Assembly (NCBI RefSeq): GCF_023055435.1
Contig: NW_025963779.1
Span: forward strand, 19,220,001 to 19,284,000
Source: Haliotis rufescens
Taxonomy: Eukaryota
Direction of reading: 5' to 3'
Length of the DNA stretch: 64,000 bases
Part shown: positions 24,401 to 36,300 of the stretch, in pieces
How the letters are laid out: each line of letters begins with the position of its first letter
How positions within the stretch are numbered: the first letter of the stretch is position 1
Made by a program: the position numbers and the translations under genes
Notes under the pieces: model-generated
Told to the model about the DNA's origin: nothing
Database searches by the model: none
The model's input: the letters and a program-made list of their open reading frames with translations, nothing else

Positions 24401-27400
24401 GTTCAGTTTTCGATCACGAACGTTGATACTACTTAATTTTGTTTATCCGACATACTCAATAATCTGACATAATCATAGGCAACCAACCATGTTGATTAAC
24501 AGGACTTGACTGTATATGTATCATACCCCAGACACACACATACAGCCGCAATGAAAACATTACGGAATACATATACTGATATCGAGCTCTTTTTCAAAAC
24601 AAACAGAGAGTTAAGTCTTTGAAAGGCATTTAGAAGCGATACACATAGGAAGGAGAACTTATGGATGTCAACTTCTTTGTTATGAGGAAGCCAAACCTTT
24701 CCTTTTGTCCATTACTAATCTCCTATCAGCACCAATTATCTGTTGGCTTCCCTTGTTAAGTTTCCACCTATGTTATCTTATTAATTTTTGTTGTTCTTAC
24801 AGGCACATATATCTGTTCTCTGCTTCATAGCATTTATTCACCTGATGGAGTAAGTATAAACTCCGAAACGTTGTGTTCCTCGATCATAATAAAGAAGTTG
24901 ACATCCATAAATTGTTGATAATATTATACCATGGGGATCATTTGGAGATTTGATTGTGTGTATATTCACTTCCAGTATAACCTACCAGGCATTTCTCAGC
25001 AATGAACTTAATTTCAGGTTCATATGGAACCTTCTGTTGGCCTGCACCTGCTGGCCAAGGCTTCTGTAAATTGCATCGGAAATTGATGGTGGTATTCAGC
25101 TTACAGGTACTGTTATTGCGGGTAAAGTCATCACCGAGAGGGAAGTTGGTCCTGAACCCAAGAGAAGCTGAGAACCAAACACAAGCAAGTGAGCTGAACA
25201 TCTATCAAACATCTACACAGCTTTGTCCAGAATTTCATTTGTATCCCTGAGTGTCAGCTAAAAAAATAAATCAAAACGGACTGCTGACAACTATGGAGGA
25301 TGCGACAAATTGCACTACTGACAAAGATAATATTTTGGCTAAAGATTAAAAGTTATTTGGCTGTATTTCACTTTAGGTACAGACAATGAAATAAGACCTC
25401 TGTATTGTGTATGAACTGATGACATTGTCTTGATGAATGACCTGAATAACAGTAAATGGTCACACTTGCAGCGGCAGTAACTGGCACGAGTTAAGTTTCA
25501 GGTCATACTCACGGTCTGGTAATGTTGTGAATGGTGTCGTTGAGAAACCAGCCAATTTGTAGTCATTGCCGACACTGACTTGACAAACACTAGCATCTTG
25601 ACAACTTGTGCTTCCTGTCAAGGGTTGGCAGAATGACATTTCACTCACACAGTCCACTACAGTTCCATTTGACACGCATTTTGTCCCATTGCTGCTGAAT
25701 TTCCATGAACTGAAAACACAAGCAAGTCCAAACCTTCAGCATGTTCAGTGAAAGAGTGAGTGAGTTGGGTTTAACACCGCTTTTTACATTATTCCAGTCA
25801 TATCACGGCGTGTCAGCTTAATGTGGGAGGAAAGCCCGAAGTGATGCAGGTCTCGGATGTTTACCACTTCAAGGAAACCCACGAGCACGGGTATGGTGCT
25901 GACAAACCTAGAAACATAATCGGGACAACCGGGAATCGAACCCACAATCATAGATTTCTGGCGTGCCCAAGGGACGCAACTCTGCACAGCGAATCGCAGC
26001 GCCTTAGACGACTGGGCCACCCGTGCCCCCTGTTCAGTGATCAGTGATAGAACACTACTTGCCAAAGATGTCCAACAGGATTACCTCTATTGGTATAAAA
26101 AAATATCATCTGTCTTTTTGAGTGTTAAACTAAAATTGAACATACTATGACATATCATTCATACCAGTTTCATTTTATGGTATTTAATATATATATTCAT
26201 ACTGTTCGTTTATCTTTGTTTAACGATGCACTCAGCAATATTCCAGCTATATGACCGTGGTCTGTATAATAATCCAGTCTGGACCAGACAATCCAGTGAT
26301 TGACATCATGAGCATCGATCCATTGGGATACAATGTTTTCATACACTGACTGTCATATATGGATACATAAACACACAAGGTCTCATATAAAACAACACAA
26401 AGTTTGGGAATGTTGTCTGTTTGTGTGGAATCATTTTTAAATGTATTTAAATGCAAGCTTGAAGCTGGGCGGGCTAGACAATGGAGCTTATAATATCGGC
26501 CAACACCGACCATAAGTTGGTTGGTTGGTTTGTTGTTTAACGTCACACTCAGCAATACTCCAGCTAAATGACGGCGGTCCGTAGATAATTGAGTCTGGAC
26601 CAGACAATCCAGTGATATATATTATGAGCATCGATCCACGCAATTGGGATGGATGACATGCATCAACCTAGTCAGCGAGCCTGACCACCCGATCCCGCTA
26701 GTCGCCTTTTACGACAAGCATAGTCACCTTTTACGGCAAGCATGGGTTGCTGAAGACCTATTCTACCCGGGAATCTTCACGGGTCCCGACCATAAGAACA
26801 AACACAGGTGCTATCATGCATATGATGCATATGAGTGCACATTTACCTAATGATCAGCTCCTGATTACACCACATGTGCACAAACACAATTGAGTCATGA
26901 GCTTATGCACAGTAGGGATGACATTCACTTTTTACCTTGATTAAAAAAACATTGATTTAACTCGGGTTACACTTGGTGGATTACTTTCTAAAACATTTAT
27001 TAAAAGAAGTGAAATAAGTAGCCCAAACTCACAAGTAACTTTAAGGCTTGGCAAGGGGTGTTTGAATGATAAGGGTACCTAACCCTAATGATTGTAAGGG
27101 GTAACATTTTGTATCCTCAAATTTACAGCTATTCATCCATGATATTACTGTCAGCAATGAGTAGATATCATATATTAAACATGGAGCAGTACATCCCAAT
27201 GATTTCGCAGCTGTGAGTAACCAATATCATCGTTGTATATACTAGTGGTGTGACGATGCGGTGATCTAGTATTGTGTCGCCAAACAAGGCCCACTCTAAA
27301 ATACATTGATTTACAACCCATGTATTGCAATGAGGAAGAGAATTTATGGATGTCAACTTCTTTATTATGAGGAACACAACTTTTAGGAGTATATATTTAC

Positions 27401-28937
27401 TCCTCCATACAAATACAAATCGTATTGCACCCACAGTATCTTCATACATATCATATTGTGACCCCTGGCACCATATCATTAACCTCTAGTATATACCTTC
27501 GTATATTGTATACCCATAACCATGATAACAGCTAATCCTAAAGATTGGCCATATCATGTATATAGCTGGTGCCAGTAAACTGCAATGTTGCCAATGTTTC
27601 TTTAAGGCCTGGGACAGGTAACTCAGGTTCCTTGGGTTGGTAGGGTATCCACAGGACTACCCGGACCCGTGGATAGTCATGTGATACATTGTTGAATGAC
27701 GAAAACTCAATATAACTCCATGGTTACACTACAAATAACTTTCTGACTATGCACACATGTTTGAATAAAGATAAAGCTTCCGTCAACCTCAGACAATGCA
27801 TAACTACATAGATTGTTTTATACGTGTATCTAAATACCTTTTAACAGGGCTCTGGTATACGTGTATCTAAATACCTTTTAACAGGGCTCTGTTAAAACAA
27901 TTCCCAATCTGACATTTTGTACCCAACTCTTGAGACCAACAGCAGGTACCCGGGTAGGGACGGATAATAGGGTGTCAGGTACCTGGGTAGTAAATTTGGA
28001 CTTTTCCCAGCCCTAGTTTCTTCCAATGTCATTGGACTGGAGACCAATAAATGTAGGATAGTAAACATGGTAAAAGAGCTGTCTATCATGTGAGCTTTAC
28101 TTCACTGCTGACATTAATATTTGGCTGCACCAATCAATAATATGCACTCACTTACAGAGTGAGTGAGTTGGGTTTAACGCCGCTTTTAACAGTATTCCAG
28201 TCATATCACGACGTGTCAGCTTAATTGTGGGAGGAAAGCCCGAAGTGATGCAGGTCTCAGACGTTTACCACTTCGGTGAAACCCATGAGCACGGGTATGG
28301 TGCTAACAAACCTAGAAACATAATAACATAATCGGGGCGAACCGGGATTCGAACCCACAATCATAGGTTTCTGGCGTGCCCAAGGGACGCAACTCTGCAC
28401 AGCGAATCGCGGCGCCTTAGATGACTGGGCCACCCGTGCCCCCACTCACTTACAGAACAAGTTGAACTACTCCAAATTCTTATAACAACAAGCAGACAAG
28501 TATTTCATGTAAAACAACTGAAACTAAATCAAATTGTTTATGGAGATAGCAACACAATCAGTGGTCAGATCTGCTGCACTGGGGTCGTTGTTTCGAGAGT
28601 TAGATGAGATATAATGGCCCTCTTGGTGGATATACTGCCTACATATGACCACAATTAATAGGTGAGTTAAGTAAAAAGGCAAAGTGGTAGAACGACTGTT
28701 ACATCAAAACTTCCGTAATATTCGGACTCTGTAACAGAGAATATCTTGGGAATATCCTGCTGAAAGCAATCGACGTTATGCAAATGTGTTGATTTACCTG
28801 GCACCAGTCAAATTTAGCATGTCGTATCCCATTAGGCCTGAGGAACAATCATTTGCATCAACTGAACAAAACAAGCAAACAGAAGATAGAAATAGCAGAA
28901 GCCTGCATTCTCGTCTACTTTTCATTTGCACCGCCAT
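18477..28937 (-). CDS. Cation-dependent mannose-6-phosphate receptor / ATG27-like single-MRH type I membrane protein, 267 aa. Exons 28937-28798, 25709-25513, 25167-24986, 23155-23061, 22344-22218, 18539-18477
   Basis: Signal peptide (RLLLFLSSVCLFCSVDA), Cys-spaced MRH-like domain (SFCQPL...ASVCQ...TTINFRC...EKCLYNVTFDFAGAC), SAGSVLVIIFLVFMVSYFVFGAMWN transmembrane segment, GARGKEAVPNLEFWTDLP...DG motif typical of CD-MPR/ATG27 tails, C-terminal YESI. All phases chain to 804 nt. Confidence 0.9.
18620..19030 (-). mobile_element. Miniature LTR element (TRIM) with a tRNA-like sequence in both LTRs (LTRs 19030-18870 and 18763-18620)
   Basis: Both repeats run TGTAGC...CTACA; PBS-like tggccatgaacgtggggc 1 nt after the 5' LTR; purine-rich tract before the 3' LTR; B box GGTTCAAATCC inside the LTR; flanks aata/aatg. 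Confidence 0.78.
19557..22001 (-). mobile_element. Decayed DIRS-like tyrosine-recombinase retrotransposon
   Basis: ~105-bp inverted terminal repeats (19557-19666 / 21886-22001). Fragments: CPACLEC...CCDC (gag-like), KGSTLATYLAAI, LPTWDLNVILSHL, SRTTISA, KPHETQAAASSMA...IMDGCFWKS (tyrosine recombinase-like). Many stops and frameshifts. Confidence 0.8.
22361..22577 (-). mobile_element. SINE family A with an expanded (GAGT)n tail
   Basis: A/B boxes; TSD tgatatcaat. Confidence 0.9.
23515..24514. mobile_element. TA-flanked Tc1/pogo-type MITE containing a second MITE (23904-24081) and a SINE A copy (24145-24311)
   Basis: Outer ends tacagtcaagtc / gacttgactgta; inner ends tacagtaaac / gtttactgta; the inner family recurs at 60132-60309. 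Confidence 0.75.
24659..24910. mobile_element. Penelope-like terminal fragment in inverted arrangement with a degenerate minimal hammerhead (24839-24875, +); second fragment 27340-27410 (-)
   Basis: 27-bp inverted repeats ttatggatgtcaacttcttt.ttatga; cac-CTGAT-ggagt(loop)actcc-GAAAC-GTT-gtg followed by aataaa. Confidence 0.62.
25755..26030 (-). mobile_element. SINE family C (long tRNA-Leu-like head, ~280 bp)
   Basis: A box TGGCCCAGTCG plus TCTAAGGCGC, B box GGTTCGATTCCC; TSD tgttcagtga. Confidence 0.88.
26517..26786 (-). mobile_element. SINE-like family B, full length (partial copy also at 26205-26335)
   Basis: TSD ccgaccataag; 5' end gacccgtgaag. Confidence 0.9.
27604..28015. mobile_element. 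hAT-like MITE
   Basis: Ends aaggcctggga / tcccagcccta (TAGGGCTGGG type); 8-bp TSD gtttcttt / gtttcttc. Confidence 0.75.
28158..28443 (-). mobile_element. SINE family C
   Basis: TSD actcacttacaga; near-identical to 25755-26030. Confidence 0.9.
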
Positions 28938-29285
28938 GTTTCATCATGTGACAGCTATTTTTAGAATGACCTTATTTTGGTTGCGTTTCAGTCATCAGTT
29001 TCCGGTCAGAATGCTCGCGGAAACGACGTTCTTTTTTCTCTTTGGATGTATAAATAAAAACGACAAAAACATTTTACCATATTCATAAGAAATCCCTGCC
29101 AAAAGCAGAGTCCATTGTACGATTCTACGACTGTATCATGTGCATGTGTTTATGAATCACTATCAAATATTTGAGTGTTCGCGTAAAGGTGAGCGTCACA
29201 AACACACGCAGAAGCAATATTGCAAGTCATTTGCCGACATGACGAAACACGGGAGCATATGGTACAAGTCAAAATAGGGAATCGA

Positions 29286-29405
29286 ACATTATTGGTGTCA
29301 TTTATGCGTCAAATTTGCAAATTTGACATCATTGGTGTCATTTATGCGTCAAATTTACAAATTTGACATCATTGGTGTCATTTATGCGTCAAATTTGCAT
29401 ATTTG
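29286..29405. repeat. 40-bp tandem repeat, 3 copies
   Basis: acatcattggtgtcatttatgcgtcaaatttgcaaatttg. Confidence 0.85.
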
Positions 29406-29598
29406 GAAATGCCCTCCACATGTCTACCTTAAAATGGAAGCTTTACTTGTAATTTTATTTTTAAGCCCTGTTGTATTTATGAACCTTGATCAAGCAACTT
29501 TGGACCAGTTCTACGCTCTTTGAAATCGTGGTAGAAAGTGCATGTTCGATTGTACCTCAGACGTTGTGGAATGTACACTAAAACCACAAGAGAATTAC

Positions 29599-30010
29599 TG
29601 TGAAGCCCATTTCGGGTGTCGCCGTGATATTGCTGGAATATTGCTAAAAGCGGCGTAGAACCCAACTCACTCACTCACTCACAAGAGAATTATATGTCAA
29701 GACCGAGTGACTGAGTGCGTAGGATTAATATAACGCCGTTTTGGACAATATTCCAGACTAGTTATATCACGGCATATCAGCTTAATATGGGAGAAAGCTG
29801 AAAGATGTTTTATACGTTGGTGAAACCAACGCGAGCACGGGTATATGGTGCTGACAAACTTAGAAACATAATCGGGGCGAGCGGATTCAAACCAACGACT
29901 GGGCCACCACGTCTTCTCGAGGCAAGGTTATCCACTAGCCTATATTTAAGCCTATAGTTTCAGGACTTTGAATGAAAGGCTATAGTGGACGCTCTTGCCT
30001 CGGGAAGATG
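29599..30010. mobile_element. Cluster: 5'-truncated SINE A (29599-29680, +), decayed SINE C (29705-29909, -) interrupted by a 101-bp MITE (29910-30010)
   Basis: TSD cacaagagaatta for SINE A; MITE ends cgtcttctcgaggcaag / cttgcctcgggaagatg with degenerate TSD gggccacca / ggtccactc. Confidence 0.75.
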
Positions 30011-30270
30011 GGTCCACTCCTGCCCACTATACATCTAGGGAAAGTTTTTGTTTTCCTCGATCTTCATGGAAATGGTTTTACTGCCAGTCCCAGCGTGTAT
30101 GGTGTATATGTTGTGTTGACAAAAAGTATATGTTGAAAAGGTCACATATTTATAATTATCACTATCTAAACATTTTTATAAGTTATGTTTAAGTCCCTGA
30201 AAGAGAACAAAGGCTTTGCGTGTTTTATTCCCATCCGATATGATCGGAATGGTGTCATCAATTCTTAACC

Positions 30271-30557
30271 GACCCGTGAAGATCCGGGATAAGAATAGGT
30301 CTTCACCAACCCATGCTTGCCATAAAAGGCGACTATGCTTGTCGTAAGAAGCGACTATGCTTGTCGTATGAGGCGACTAACGGGATCGGGTGATCTGGCT
30401 CGCTGACTTGGTTGATGCATGTCATCGTATCCCAATTGCGTGGATCGATGCTTATGGTGTCAATCACTGGATTGTCTTGTCCAGACTCGATTAATTACAG
30501 ACCGCCGTCATATAGCTGCATGGAGTGCGGCGTTTAACAACGAACAAACAAACAAAC
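30271..30557 (+). mobile_element. SINE-like family B, full length, three 22-bp modules
   Basis: gacccgtgaagatcc start, (aaac)n tail, TSD attcttaa. Confidence 0.9.
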
Positions 30558-31428
30558 ATTCTTAAACCTCCCTTACTTGCCGTTCTTGTGAGGAATTTAA
30601 TCTCAGGGCAATGAAAATCAAGCATTATTCAGAAAAGAAATGTCGATTGTTGTGCAATTCCATTTAAGTCTTCAAGTGACCAACCAAATATTCTTATTTT
30701 AATACTAGAAATAGCGTCCGATCTAACACATGTATATAGACATTATAAATACTGGAGTCTCCGAATAATGTATCATTTCGCTTTGATAATTACAACAGCG
30801 AGTTAGAGGTGTACTTATATATATAAATCTGAACTGATCTGTGTTTTACTTGGAGGTGAGGTGAAATTGGGTTTAACGTCGCGTCCAAGATTATTGCACT
30901 TATATAGCGACGTCCATGCACACGTGTGTGTGGCTGCTTGTACTAGTCCGGACTGATGTCGATTTATAGTGCTAGCTCGCTGAGATACCATGTCGCAGTT
31001 GAACATGAATATCCCACTCAGACACAGTATACTGACTCCGAGCCGACCAGTCCTTGTTTTAGCCCCTGAATGCCGAGCGCATTAACAACAAGGACCATCG
31101 TTTAACGTCTTTTGATGTAACGCGGCAGATACACCAGGTTACTTGGTATTGGTAAGTGTTTGCATTTAAAACAATTCTAAAAAGTTTTGGGATACAAACA
31201 TATTTTGGGATCAAAACACGTTTGAATTATCTAACAAGGATTAAACATGTTTTAAGAGTAGTTACTTCAGTGCCCACATCTATAATATAGAAAGACAGAA
31301 TCTAGGGTCATATCCGATGACTAATTATTAGCTGAGATCATGATGAGGCTGAGGTCGAATGAAAACAATTTCAACTCACAATTATTACTTAAAGATACAC
31401 TGCCTGGCACCATAGCTTCAGTTTTTTT

Positions 31429-31833
31429 AATTCATTTTCGAAACATTAGTTCTTGAAATGCAAAAGGTAGTTTTCTGAGCTACTTAATAAATGCCATTTT
31501 ATCAGTATTTTCATTTGGCATTTCACAGACATTGAAAATAAATCACTGTTGTTCCCATTCACTGTGTTAAATTCATTTTCGAAACATTAGTTCTTGAAAT
31601 GCAAAAGGTAGTTTTCTGAGCTACTTAATAAATGCCATTTTATCAGTATTTTCAGTCGGCATTTCACAGACATTGAAAATTAATCACTGTTGTTCCCATT
31701 CACTGTGTTAAATTCATTTTCGAAACATTAGTTCTTGAAATGCAAAAGGTAGTTTTCTGAGCTACTTAATAAATGCCATTTTATCAGTATTTTCAGTCGG
31801 CATTTCACAGACATTGAAAATTAATCACTGTTG
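31429..31833. repeat. 141-bp tandem repeat, ~2.9 near-identical copies
   Basis: ttcattttcgaaacattag recurs at 31431, 31572, 31713. Confidence 0.95.
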
Positions 31834-32724
31834 GTCTCACACATGCTATACATGCTGGATAAGAGAAAAAAACACGTTTTCTTTGATAAGTGAAGCTAAA
31901 AGATAAGACAAAAGAATCACATGCGACATGGGCTTGAATAATGAAGAAAACACATTAAACAGAAAACACTTAATATGTACCCAGTCAGCTGGAATAAACA
32001 TAAGACGTCAACAATTACTCTCGATTATCGATCGAGACGGATTCCGTTGGGCGCAAAAGTCAAGATATCCGTGAAAAGAAGATGAACGTGGAACTAATAA
32101 TCAGTGGTGACAACAGGTGTTCGCGAAAAGGGTCAGCACGACCTTCCCTACCGGTAGCAACCGCCACCCACACAATGTGCAGAAGAGTTAAGTGTCAATG
32201 TAAATACAATCCCATACATTCTTGTACGTATCATCTCCTTCGTCGAAGTGAAATTTCAAAGAGCGTCATACGACGTTCAGGGACTCAGTAAAGTATTACA
32301 AAATGTTTTATGGTAGACATGTGGAGGACATTTCCAATTTGGCGCATCAGTGACAAAAATAATGTCCGATGCAATTACCTTTATTAATGTGAACCGTGGT
32401 GAACTATTGAGAGTGTCAGAATACATTAGAGTAGGTTTACAAAGTATAATATATTTATTTATTTGAAACATTAAAACAATGCAAGACAGTTTTTTAAAAT
32501 ATGTGTTTATGTTTTGTCGAAATGTTCTGGTTCGATAGTTACATCATATCTTTGTTATCATGAATGTTTAGTGTTTGTTAAATTACTTGAGATATTTTTT
32601 AAACGATGTAATTTGGATAAAATTGCAACGTTTAAGCACATATAATCGATTTAAAAGGCTTCGGTCCTGCCCCACACTGAAGCACATTAAACACATGTGG
32701 CGTCTCCTTGGGCAAGTGACTTTG

Positions 32725-32935
32725 TTCGAAATTTGCCTCTGTTCACAAAGCAGTGAATGGGTACCCGGTAGGATGAGATCGTAATAACCTATAAACGCCT
32801 AACAGGCAGAGTTGTATACTCCCCAGGGGGCTGAGAATGATTCTTGAGTGCATATTGATCCAGTGACCGGGGTAATAATAGCGCTTTGAGCAAGCCAATG
32901 AATAGTGTGGAAATATGCGCAATATAAATAGCCTG

Positions 32936-32984
<49 letters not shown>

Positions 32985-33012
32985 CGTCGTCGTCGTTGTT
33001 GTTATTATTATC
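32725..33012 (+). mobile_element. Old CORE-type SINE fragment with L2-like tail and (TTA)n
   Basis: ttgcctctgttcac...gcagtgaatgggtacc core-like block; agcgctttgagc...gcgcaatataaat tail; a similar tail lies at ~33935-33995. Confidence 0.55.
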
Positions 33013-33258
33013 GTGTGTGGTGTAGAGTACAGTGTGACATATTGCTCTCACATGATCTCATTTGCCCCCATATATAAAAGTAGCTTCCTCCTACATCTCC
33101 TTCATATGATGAATATCTTACGTCAGTTATCAGCCTCCATCCTGTTAGTGTGATGATTTATAAGTAACAGATCCGTATTTGTCAGATTGGCCATATCAAG
33201 CCTTGCATTATTATGACACGAGTACTGAGAGCTCTGCACTACGCCTCTACGTTATCGG

Positions 33259-33266
33259 TATAAAAG
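33259..33266 (+). promoter_or_regulatory. TATA box upstream of the rolling-stone-like gene
   Basis: TATAAAAG ~95 bp before the ATG at 33361. Confidence 0.55.
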
Positions 33267-33360
33267 AGCTCCTTACAGAGAATAGGGTCCACTCAGAGAG
33301 TGCATGAGTTATATATGTCAGTGTGGATTTTACTGGCTATATCCTCACATATCGGTGCCT

Positions 33361-36300
33361 ATGGAGAGAAGATCAGTATGTGCCTGTCATTGTCACAGAC
33401 ACTTATTTGGATTTCATGTAGAAGAACAGAGTAAAACAGAATTCGTCTTGTCTCAGGTAAATCAATACGTATATTAGAAGCAAGTATACAAAAGTACGTT
33501 CAAAATAGACAACACGGTCGCCGGTGTCAATCTCAGTGCTTCTAGATACTAATGTTGTAGTTATGTTAATAAATTGTGTCCGTGTACTTAGGTTATTCAT
33601 AACTGACTGATATATATAAAATATGAAGTAAAATACCAAATGGGTTTTAACTGAATTGAATCAACTTGGTTCCTCATATCGTCTTAATGCACGATATGGA
33701 TCTACCTGTAATTCAGCTTCCACGGTCAACTTAAAATTGTCAATCTATTGTCATTTTATATATTATTAATCTTATTAAAGAGCATGTTAAAATGGCGGAT
33801 GAATTATTGAATATTCAACGACACTGTAGCTAGATGTATTGTTGGTTGGTTGGTTGGTTGGTTGGTTGTTTTACGCCGCACTCAGCAATATTTCAGGTGT
33901 GTGGAGTGAAATTGTAATATAGGATAATGGAAATATTGAGCATGTCCCTCAGCGATGTGGATTTTGCGCTATATAAATAGCATTATTATTATTAATATTA
34001 TTTTTTTATTTTTTTTAATTATTATTAAATAGTTTGGGTATTGTTAATTGCTATGAAATAACAAGTGTATACACATATACCATTAGCGGTATTAGGAAGA
34101 GCAAGTATCTTGTCGACATTCCTCCATTAATAATACTGCGAGTGTGATAACAGCGTATACTGTACACGTGATAGCTCTCAGGTGATAGGAACTTTTTGGG
34201 GTGTAATCAGAGGGGCTATTTGGGTCAGAAAGATAAATGACAAATTAAAAAATCAGAATACGGAAATACAAACGTCCCATATCTGTGAGAAGTGTTCAGA
34301 TGGGGTTAGATTGGATTATAAACCCGCTCAACCCATGGAGTCGACTGTCACTTCATGTACAGCTGTCTTAATTGTCTGGGTGCGTGTTTTATTTCAAAGG
34401 AATGTGCATTTGTCATAGTGAGACGCTGACATGACAGAAATAAGAGGAATGAATACTTAAAAAAGAAGGGGAGATTACAGACAGGGGAGGCGAATGTGGT
34501 CGGGGGTGGGGTGGGGTGGGGGGTTCTGGAAAATTATTGAATTATTTCAGGTAGCGATTGTATGAGCTAGTGGCAAGAATACTAACATGGAAAGAAGGAG
34601 TACCTGTGAGGAGAGTTCGACAGTAATAATTAAAATAGAGAGGGGAGGGGTTGTCAGAGAAAATATTTATTCATCATATAACTAATTATACTGCATGTAA
34701 CTCACACAGATCACATCATATTCCAGCTTTCTGTCATCATATCACAACCACCTTCGCAACTATCTATTTATTTTATAAACATGGCAGCGAAGTGCTGACA
34801 TTTGCGACTGTAATGTCAATGGTTAATAACATTTGGATAAAATGTTTGGTTGAATAAAATACCCCCTGAAATGAGAGATGTTGATTCACTCGTGGGTGTG
34901 CTACGCGTGGACATATCTGCTTGCTTTTCAGGTATTTTCTGAAATCATTTGACATGATTAGCTATGTTGAGCGTATATAACCACACACACGCCATTTCCC
35001 TGCCTCGGTACAGCGCGTGCAACATGGGCCACGTGTGGGGGCAAATCAACACGGGGACTGGATACCATACACACGTAACATTCACCAGTTATCACAGGTA
35101 ACAACGTTAAAAAAGCTAATTAATTTATTTTGTGTTAAGTATAAAAGTAAGTAGTGAAAATTCATAACAGGTTTGATGGCAAGACAAAAATAGTACAAAC
35201 ATATTTTTCTAAAATTTCACAAAAACACGGGATCAGTGTCATCTCCCGCTGTGTGAGAAGGACTGGACTTCGAACTTTTTGTGCTAGCGTTTGAGTTATT
35301 GGTTGTATAACTAGCCACCTGTTCTCCGATTACGCCCACGCGTAACACCTTCACCACCTGCCACGACAGTCCTCCCTTCTCAACAGACACTCACTTACCA
35401 CCTCATATATCTGTACACGTGTATACTCTGTAGCGGGATATTAAGTGGTACTACACAGGCCCAATTAAATACTTACAGCTTTGGAAAATGCTCATAAATC
35501 AAGAACATTGACCAATAAACGCGTGCTCGAAACGGATCAACGAAATGTATTCGTGGAATGTGTGGTATTCTAAGGAACGCACGAGCTTTGGGTGTAACGC
35601 GATCGAGATAAAGAAAAAGTTTTGGGCATTGCAACGTTGATTGATAGTTATGTACTGTAATCTTTGGTCTTGTTGATATTGATCGTATATGGTTGAGTTG
35701 GTACATACAATTTAATATTACTTGATTACATCCGACCAAATCCAGCCATTATAAGGGAGCATTTGATTTTTAAAGGGGTGTATATGGAGTGTGTGTGTGG
35801 GGGGGGGGGGGGGGGGGAGGGGGGGGGGGTGTTGTAGTTTGAGATCAGCATTTTGTCTTTAATGTTTAGGTGCTCAATTATATATTCCTACATGGAATTA
35901 ATTACCTGCATCCTTTGGATACTTTAAAGAGCATTTTGTTATTTCTTTCTTACAGTGCGCGTTATGTTTAAACAAAAATCAGGAAGGCTAAGGCTTGATT
36001 ATTTTTATAGAAAATATCCCGCTCACCCTCCGAAAATGAAATGCTCCCTAAGGTAGGAACACAAGAACTGAACTTGATTGAACGACTGAAAAAATACAGG
36101 TATTCCACACACAATTTCAGCGTTCAAATTCATACCTACGAGGGCTGAGCTAAAAATTTCTAAGCCTTACAAACAAAACCAACAATTGTGAAAGTGTTTT
36201 TAACTTTACTTTTCAACATAATCTCCCTGCTTTTCAATACACTTCTCATATCGATAGTAAAGCTTTTCAATTCCAGTCAGGAAGAAGTTTTTCGAAGCCA

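Noticed and set aside
30271-30390. Assigning the family B head to the HDV-like ribozyme class
   Set aside because: A CUAA before the closing helix is suggestive, but no P3/L3 (UYCNCG) element or nested P1/P2 order could be fitted. Left unassigned.
29286-32390. Inverted ~70-bp similarity (29370-29430 vs 32310-32375) as TIRs of a 3-kb element
   Set aside because: No clear termini or TSD; more likely two fragments of a dispersed repeat.
28937-33361. Bidirectional promoter between the M6PR-like and rolling-stone-like genes
   Set aside because: The start codons are 4.4 kb apart with repeats between them, and the plus-strand gene has its own TATA box.
35799-35829. Poly-G tract as a functional G-quadruplex
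   Set aside because: It lies inside a MITE, homopolymer length is unreliable, and there is no other support.
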